A DNA stretch of 32,000 bases, taken from positions 214,722 to 246,721 of the forward strand of contig CAWDOH010000017.1 in assembly GCA_963803725.1 (NCBI GenBank), written 5' to 3'. The stretch comes from Bryobacterales bacterium (GTDB lineage: Bacteria; Acidobacteriota; Terriglobia; Bryobacterales; Bryobacteraceae). The first letter of the stretch is position 1. Every line of letters starts with the position of its first letter. Of this stretch, positions 26,979-32,000 are shown piece after piece. The notes under the pieces were generated by a model. That model worked only from the letters and a program-made list of their open reading frames with translations. It had not been told where the DNA came from and did not search any database. The position numbers and the translations under genes are program-made.

Positions 26979-28085
26979 ATGGCATCCGTCGCATGGGACT
27001 ACGCGAAGACGGGAATCTGGCGGTTCTCCCGCCGCGACGCCATTCTGGTAGCTCTGGCTGGGCTGCACGGCGTGGTGCTGGCCGCGTGGCCGGTGGCGCC
27101 GTTGATCGCCGCGGGAGTGTGGTGGAACGCAAACACCATCGCCCACAATTTTATCCACCGGCCTTTTTTCAGATCGAAGGAACTGAACCGTGCGTTCTCC
27201 GCCGCCTTGAGTGTTCTGCTGGGCATCCCACAGACACTCTGGCGCGACCGTCATCTGGCCCATCATGCAGGCGTGTCGTGGAGCTTGCGAGTTTCGCGGC
27301 ACCTGGCCGTCGAGACGGCGCTGGTCGTTAGCCTGTGGTCTCTCCTGGCCGCACGGCACCCCCGCTTTTTCCTGCTCACCTATCTTCCGGGCTATCTCGC
27401 CGGGTTGGGGTTATGCGCAATGCAAGGGTACTGCGAGCACGCCGTAGGCCAGCCCACCAGCCACTACGGTCGCGTTTACAACTTTTTCTGCTTCAACGAC
27501 GGTTACCACGCCGAACACCACGCCGATCCCGCAATTCACTGGACCGGGTTGCCAGACTATATCGCGGATGGCGCAGCTACCAGCCGGTGGCCGCCCTTGC
27601 TGCGCTGGCTCGACGTGCCGCCGCTCGAGGCCCTGGAGCACCTCGTGTTGCTGTCCCCCCGTTTGCAGCGTTTCGTCCTGCGCAGTCATCGAAGAGCCTT
27701 TCAGCGTCTCCTCCCGCAGCTAAACACCATTCGCCGCGCCACCATTGTGGGCGGCGGGCTCTTTCCCAGAACAGCCCTCATTCTGAGAGATCTGCTTCCG
27801 TCGGCACACCTCACAATTGTGGATTCCAACGCGCGCAACCTGGAGACCGCGCGCATGTTCCTGGGCGAAACCATCGAGTATCGCAGCGAGCGCTGCACCC
27901 ATGGCGCCCCATTCGATTGCGACCTCACGGTCATTCCCTTGTGCCTGGATGGCGATCGGTCGGCGTTCTATCGCCATCCGCCCTCTGCGGCAGTCCTGGT
28001 ACATGACTGGATCTGGCGCCGCCGCGGACGCGGAACCATCGTTTCCGTGCTGCTGCTGAAGCGCCTCAACCTGGTGCGGCAATGA
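26979..28085 (+). CDS. membrane fatty-acid-desaturase-family protein fused to a C-terminal Rossmann/SAM-methyltransferase-like domain
   Basis: Three His boxes are present in canonical order (HNFIH, HLAHH, HAEHH) with hydrophobic segments between them. The C-terminal ~130 aa carry RATIVGGGLFPRTALIL…LTIVDSN…DLTVIP, a glycine-rich nucleotide/SAM-binding-like pattern. Confidence 0.65.
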   Translation: MASVAWDYAKTGIWRFSRRDAILVALAGLHGVVLAAWPVAPLIAAGVWWNANTIAHNFIHRPFFRSKELNRAFSAALSVLLGIPQTLWRDRHLAHHAGVSWSLRVSRHLAVETALVVSLWSLLAARHPRFFLLTYLPGYLAGLGLCAMQGYCEHAVGQPTSHYGRVYNFFCFNDGYHAEHHADPAIHWTGLPDYIADGAATSRWPPLLRWLDVPPLEALEHLVLLSPRLQRFVLRSHRRAFQRLLPQLNTIRRATIVGGGLFPRTALILRDLLPSAHLTIVDSNARNLETARMFLGETIEYRSERCTHGAPFDCDLTVIPLCLDGDRSAFYRHPPSAAVLVHDWIWRRRGRGTIVSVLLLKRLNLVRQ

Positions 28086-29842
28086 GAGGAGCGAGCCTTC
28101 TGCTGGTCTTCCTGGCGGCGAAGCTGGCCGTCGTTTGGGGCCATACCACGCCGCTTTCGGGTCTGGCGCTGGTGGCATACGTGTGGCAGGATGCGGCGGT
28201 CGCGCTCGTGTTTGCGGCGCTCGATATCGGCCTCGAAAAGATGGGCGCGGCCACCAGAATTGCCTGCGCCATCTACTGGGCTGCAGCGATTTACGCAGCC
28301 ATCAACATACCGGTGGGGCGCGTGGTATTCACTCCACTCACCCGGCCGATGCTGCGGGCCGCGCGCGGGCCGTTAGCCGATTCCATGCTGGAATATGTCA
28401 CCGCATCCAACATCCTGCTGGTGATTGCCGTACTGGCGGCGGCCACCGTTCTGCCACGGTTGCTCAGGCGAGCGCCGCGGCAGTTGGCGAAAATGGGGCT
28501 GGTCTGCACCATTGCCGTGGTCCTGTTGGGACCGATGGCCGGCAAGCGGGTGGACACGCGCGGCATGGATCGCAACGTGATCACCGCGTTGATGGGCAGC
28601 GGATTGCCGCGAGCGGCCGCCAGAGCCGTAGCGGACGACTGGCGGGAATCGCGCTTTCCAGCGCAGCGCCCCACCGAGGACTTGGCGCAGTTTTCCGGAT
28701 CCGCCCGGGGTCTCAACGTGGTGATGATCAGTCTGGAATCCACCGCTGCTCAGTATCTGCCGCTTTACGGCGCGCCCGATGATGGCGGGCACGACCCGAT
28801 GCCTAATCTGAGCACCCTGGCCCGGCGGGCTCTGGTATTCGAAAATGCCTATGCGGTTTATCCCGAGAGCATCAAGGGGCTGTTCTCGGTTCTATGTTCC
28901 ACCTTCCCGGCTTTCGACAGCCGGCCGGAGGATTATGAAAACGCAGAATGCCGTTCCGTCGCCACGGCCCTGGCTGGCGCCGGTTACCGCACCGCCATGT
29001 TCCACTCGGGACGATTCGGGTACCTGGGGATGGAGGCGATTATCCGCCATCGCGGGTACCAGACCCTGGAGGATGCCGGCGATATCGGCGGCAATCACAA
29101 TTCCAGCTTCGGAGTCGACGAACCCGCCACGGTAGCAAAGATGTTGGCCTGGATTGACGGCCTGCCGCGCGGGCAAAGGTTTTTCCTCACCTATCTCCCC
29201 ATTGCCGGCCATCACCCGTATGCCACTCCCGAGCGCGGCCCCTTCCCGGAAACCGCCGAGATCGATCAATACCGCAACGCCCTGCATTACGGGGACGCTT
29301 CGCTGGGCACTCTCATCGAAGGCTTGCGGTCCCGCGGCCTCGAGCAGAATACGGTTTGGGTGATTTACGGCGATCACGGGGAGGCCTTCCATCAGCACGA
29401 GGGCAACTACGGCCACACATTTTTCCTCTACGAGGAAAATGTGCACGTCCCGTTTCTGATCGCCGCGCCCGGCCGGATGCGCCGCCAGGAACGCTTGCGC
29501 AAAGTGGTCAGCTTAGTGGACACCGCCCCGACCATTCTCGATCTGCTGGGTATACCAACGCCGCCGAATTACCAGGGGCGAACCATGCTGGATGGCGTAC
29601 CGCGGATGGCGCTTTTCTTTGCGGACTACTCCTTGGGACTCCTCGGCCTGCGCGATGGGCCTTGGAAGTTCGTTTACGAAATCGGCTCGGGCCGGGCAAA
29701 ACTGTTCAATCTGGACCGGGATCCGCATGAGAAATCCGACGGGTCGGCGCGCGAGGCCTCACGCGTATCGTGGTACGGCCAGGTCGTGCGCGGCTGGAGC
29801 AGTGCGCAGAAGAGCTATATTGCTCGATGCGCGCTCCGGTGA
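28082..29842 (+). CDS. LtaS/sulfatase-like (alkaline-phosphatase superfamily) membrane enzyme
   Basis: The ATGA overlaps the upstream stop. The N-terminal ~190 aa are polytopic and hydrophobic. A sulfatase-fold domain follows (NVVMISLESTAAQY, YPESIKGLFSVLCS, HSGRFGY, VWVIYGDHGEAFHQHEGNYGH). Confidence 0.7.
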   Translation: MRGASLLLVFLAAKLAVVWGHTTPLSGLALVAYVWQDAAVALVFAALDIGLEKMGAATRIACAIYWAAAIYAAINIPVGRVVFTPLTRPMLRAARGPLADSMLEYVTASNILLVIAVLAAATVLPRLLRRAPRQLAKMGLVCTIAVVLLGPMAGKRVDTRGMDRNVITALMGSGLPRAAARAVADDWRESRFPAQRPTEDLAQFSGSARGLNVVMISLESTAAQYLPLYGAPDDGGHDPMPNLSTLARRALVFENAYAVYPESIKGLFSVLCSTFPAFDSRPEDYENAECRSVATALAGAGYRTAMFHSGRFGYLGMEAIIRHRGYQTLEDAGDIGGNHNSSFGVDEPATVAKMLAWIDGLPRGQRFFLTYLPIAGHHPYATPERGPFPETAEIDQYRNALHYGDASLGTLIEGLRSRGLEQNTVWVIYGDHGEAFHQHEGNYGHTFFLYEENVHVPFLIAAPGRMRRQERLRKVVSLVDTAPTILDLLGIPTPPNYQGRTMLDGVPRMALFFADYSLGLLGLRDGPWKFVYEIGSGRAKLFNLDRDPHEKSDGSAREASRVSWYGQVVRGWSSAQKSYIARCALR

Positions 29843-30073
29843 AAGGACCTCGCGATTTCCCACAGGTAACGCCGTAGCGTCTACCAGAGAGGGCAACCTG
29901 GTTCGGAAGGCAACTGGCTACGAACAGAAGAAGCTCAAGGCGCGCTTTCCCGCATGGGCTTCTTCAGCTGCGCGAGCCCGGCTTCCGGCCGCCATTCGTG
30001 CGACGTCCGCCCAAAAACACCAAGGCCCGCGCAGCGCTCAGCACTATCCTTCAACGCGGGCTCCGTCGCGGCC

Positions 30074-30193
30074 TTACGTTCGCTTGCGGGTTAGGATGGC
30101 GTGGACCGCAGGCTGGGCAGCAGCAGTGGCGGGCAGCATCAGCAGCAGCATCGAAGCAGTCACCAGAGAGGTTCGAGTCGCCGCGTCGGTCAT
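30074..30193 (-). pseudogene. 39-codon signal-peptide-only ORF, likely the 5' remnant of a secreted-protein gene
   Basis: MTDAATRTSLVTASMLLLMLPATAAAQPAVHA… is followed by a stop, and no recognisable continuation appears in any frame. The start codon directly abuts the MITE end at 30194. Confidence 0.3.
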
Positions 30194-30529
30194 CCTAAAT
30201 CCGGCAGTTAGCCAGCCGCCCCGCCTCGTAGGGCCATTGGGGCCACCAATTTCCAACTGCGGCGCAGATCACCTTCCGGGTCACAAGCGGTTTATCCCTA
30301 AATCCGGCAGTTAGCCTGCCGCCCCGCCTCGTAGGGCTATTGGCGCCACCAATTCCCAACTGCGGCGCAGATCACCTTCCGGGTGACAAGCGGTTTATCT
30401 GCAACTGGTTGCAGCGCACGGCCACTGCCCGTTCCGCGGGGCTGCAACCGCCGGATTTAGGTTTATCTGCAACTGGTTGCAGCGCATGGCCGCTGCCCGC
30501 TCCGCGGGGCCGCAACCGCCGGATTTAGG
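30194..30529. mobile_element. MITE-like 165-bp element carrying a second copy of itself (outer copy 30194-30296 + 30468-30529)
   Basis: The terminal inverted repeats are CCTAAATCCGGCAGTTAGC… and …GCAACCGCCGGATTTAGG. The outer halves are about 95% identical to the inner copy. GTCAT is duplicated on the outer flanks (30189-30193 and 30530-34). Confidence 0.7.
30297..30461. mobile_element. inner MITE copy (165 bp) inserted at the centre of the outer copy
   Basis: It is a complete element with both terminal repeats. It is flanked by direct TTTATC (30291-30296 and 30462-30467), whereas an intact element has a single TTTATC at this position (30394-30399). Confidence 0.7.
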
Positions 30530-30556
30530 GTCATGTCTCATTCTCGCTGATGAGAA

Positions 30557-30841
30557 TTAATTTTCGGCAGGTCTCTCCGCGTGATCGATCACCAGAACTT
30601 CAACCGGACCCCTGGCGGGCACAAGTTTCAGACCGAGTTGTTCTTCTAGTGCAGCGAAAATGTTGGCGCTATTTGGCTCCGCCGGGAGACGGGAGCCGCC
30701 CGGCGCGAGCAGGCCCAGGAATCCCACTAACGTCGCGTCCGGAGTGAAACTCAGATCCAGATCGAATTCGCCGGTGAATCCGGTCTTATCCAGGACCGGG
30801 CGGTCCAATACGGATGTCAGTTCCCTGGCGAGGTCCGCCAC
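30557..30841 (-). pseudogene. C-terminal fragment of a TIGR03435-family (acidobacterial soil-associated) protein gene
   Basis: …LDRPVLDKTGFTGEFDLDLSF…IFAALEEQLGLKLVPARGPVEVLVIDHAERPAEN matches the family's C-terminal signature. An in-frame stop lies 6 codons upstream of the GTG at 30841, and no N-terminal part is present. Confidence 0.6.
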
Positions 30842-31021
30842 GCGAACCTTCCTTCCTTACCGGAGGTGACCACCGGGCTGCGCACCCGCGCCATGGGTCC
30901 CGTCTACCGGGCAGAACCGAGTTGCGACTCCCGCGACCGAAAACTCTATGGGTGGGGCCGACCCGAGATGCAAGGCCGCACGTCTTAATAAAATATCATT
31001 TGAAATCCGGTGTCTACCTGA

Positions 31022-31050
31022 TTGAATTTCTCTGCAGTCGGTGCTAATTT
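31022..31050 (+). promoter_or_regulatory. sigma70-like promoter: TTGAAT, 17-bp spacer, TGcTAATTT
   Basis: The -35 TTGAAT lies at 31022-31027, followed by a 17-bp spacer and an extended -10 TGC-TAATTT at 31042-31050. It sits about 30 nt upstream of GGAGGG (31069-31074) and ATG 31080. Confidence 0.4.
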
Positions 31051-31079
31051 AGCTTCCCAGCTCGAAATGGAGGGTGCAT

Positions 31080-31193
31080 ATGAAAAGAATGTTTACGTGC
31101 TTGCTCGTTGTGTTCGCCAGCGTCGCGATCGCGCTCGGGGCCGAAGCTACGCTGACCAAACGGTCGCGGCCCCAAATCCTGGGATCTGCATGA
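31080..31193 (+). CDS. 37-codon ORF encoding a signal-peptide-like sequence (upstream ORF or gene remnant)
   Basis: A good SD (GGAGGG) lies 5 nt upstream. MKRMFTCLLVVFASVAIALGAEA… is followed by TGA at 31191-31193. Confidence 0.25.
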   Translation: MKRMFTCLLVVFASVAIALGAEATLTKRSRPQILGSA

Positions 31194-31270
31194 TGATGGC
31201 GCAACGAGGAATGTGTTGTCGCGCCGGTGGTGGTATGAGAGTCTCTGTTGTTCCGCAGGAGGGAAGCCGA

Positions 31271-32000
31271 ATGACGGCTACGTCACAATCGATTGCGGCG
31301 TACTTCTGGACGGGAATCTTCATAACTTCGCTGGGTGCTGCGGGGCCTCGCTCAACACAAGATCGAGGCTTGGACAATAATACCCAATTTGAGGCAGCAT
31401 CTGTGAAGCCAGCGGCTATTGGACCCGGACGTGGTGGGATGTGGTCCGTTCGCGGCGGTCCCGGAACCAGCGACCCCGGTTTATACAGATGCAGTAGCTG
31501 CAGCCTATCAATGCTCATCACGCAAGCATATGGCATTATGTATTATCAGCTCTCAGGTCCGAGTTGGATGGATTCTGAGAGGTTCGAAGTGATGGCAAAG
31601 GTTCCGCGAGGAGCATCGAAAGAACAATTCCGCACAATGCTTCAAAATCTCTTAGCCGATAGGTTTAACTTAATTGTGCACCGCGGCAAGAAAGAGACGC
31701 GCGTTTATGACCTGGTTATTGCCAAGAGCGGCCCAAAATTGAAGCAGTCGTCTGAAAGTCAGATTGAGGAGATGATCGAGGGTGGGCCCAATCATGCAAC
31801 ATCGGCCAAGGGAGCACAAGTATCCGACATCGATAAGGACGGCTACCCGGTCTTAACTAGCGATTGTAGTCATTGCGTCAAGATGGCAAATGGAAAGATC
31901 GCCGTCCGACTAGACCGCGCAGGCATAGGGGATTTCATCGAATTTGTGGCTGGACAACTTGGGCAGCCGGTCTTCGATAGAACGAATCTCCAAGGCAAAT
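31271..32000 (+). CDS. TIGR03435-family protein (3' end outside the window)
   Basis: AGGAGGG at 31256-31262 precedes ATG 31271. An N-terminal hydrophobic segment is followed by FEAASVKP…, SLSMLITQAYGIMYYQLSGPSWMDSERFEVMAKV, MLQNLLADRFNLIVHRGKKETRVYDLVIAKSGPKLK, which are family signatures. The frame is open to the window end. Confidence 0.7.
   Translation, partial: MTATSQSIAAYFWTGIFITSLGAAGPRSTQDRGLDNNTQFEAASVKPAAIGPGRGGMWSVRGGPGTSDPGLYRCSSCSLSMLITQAYGIMYYQLSGPSWMDSERFEVMAKVPRGASKEQFRTMLQNLLADRFNLIVHRGKKETRVYDLVIAKSGPKLKQSSESQIEEMIEGGPNHATSAKGAQVSDIDKDGYPVLTSDCSHCVKMANGKIAVRLDRAGIGDFIEFVAGQLGQPVFDRTNLQGK

Noticed and set aside
29592-30314. 240-aa + strand ORF overlapping the end of the sulfatase-like gene and running into the MITEs
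   Set aside because: It is Arg/Ala-rich and out of frame with the well-supported sulfatase-like gene. Its 3' end is translated MITE sequence.
30400-30529. attC-like integron recombination sites, suggested by the GCAAC…GTTGC palindromes
   Set aside because: The palindromes lie inside a repeated element with its own terminal inverted repeats and target duplications. There is no integrase or cassette organisation, and the spacing does not fit the attC R''/L''-L'/R' architecture.
31147-31536. 129-aa - strand ORF at 31147..31536
   Set aside because: It is antisense to the well-supported TIGR03435 gene start and its upstream ORF, and has no motif support.

Overview
This is a high-G+C bacterial chromosomal segment. 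Hand-counted 60-nt lines give about 65-70% GC in most genes. The protein repertoire looks acidobacterial: about 1135-aa TonB-dependent receptors with an N-terminal carboxypeptidase-regulatory-like domain and a terminal ...KF(S/V)F, TIGR03435-like proteins, and an M56/BlaR1 remnant.

The core of the window (14.6-25.9 kb) is a + strand hopanoid biosynthesis locus: ispH-shc-hpnH-[small ORF + PIN protein + 3 x ~267-bp CT-rich tandem repeats]-hpnA-hpnG-[two Zn-dependent MDR dehydrogenases]-hpnC-hpnD. As given, hpnC and hpnD carry eight single-nucleotide frameshifts, while every neighbouring gene is intact.

Upstream lie:
- a partial MFS transporter;
- a visibly low-GC cassette of three overlapping orphan ORFs;
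- an O-methyltransferase;
- two paralogous TonB-dependent receptor genes, both disrupted, one by a +1 frameshift and one by a single-ORF IS66-family element with an 8-bp target duplication;
- two tandem paralogous hypothetical genes on the - strand between the receptors.

Downstream of hpnD lie:
- an M56 peptidase remnant;
- a tightly coupled operon of a secreted protein, a membrane desaturase fused to a Rossmann/methyltransferase-like domain, and an LtaS/sulfatase-like membrane enzyme;
- a 165-bp MITE-like element inserted into a copy of itself;
- TIGR03435 gene remnants;
- a strongly low-GC TIGR03435-family gene that runs off the window.

No rRNA, tRNA or CRISPR array was recognised. All functional calls come from motif recognition by eye, with no database search.
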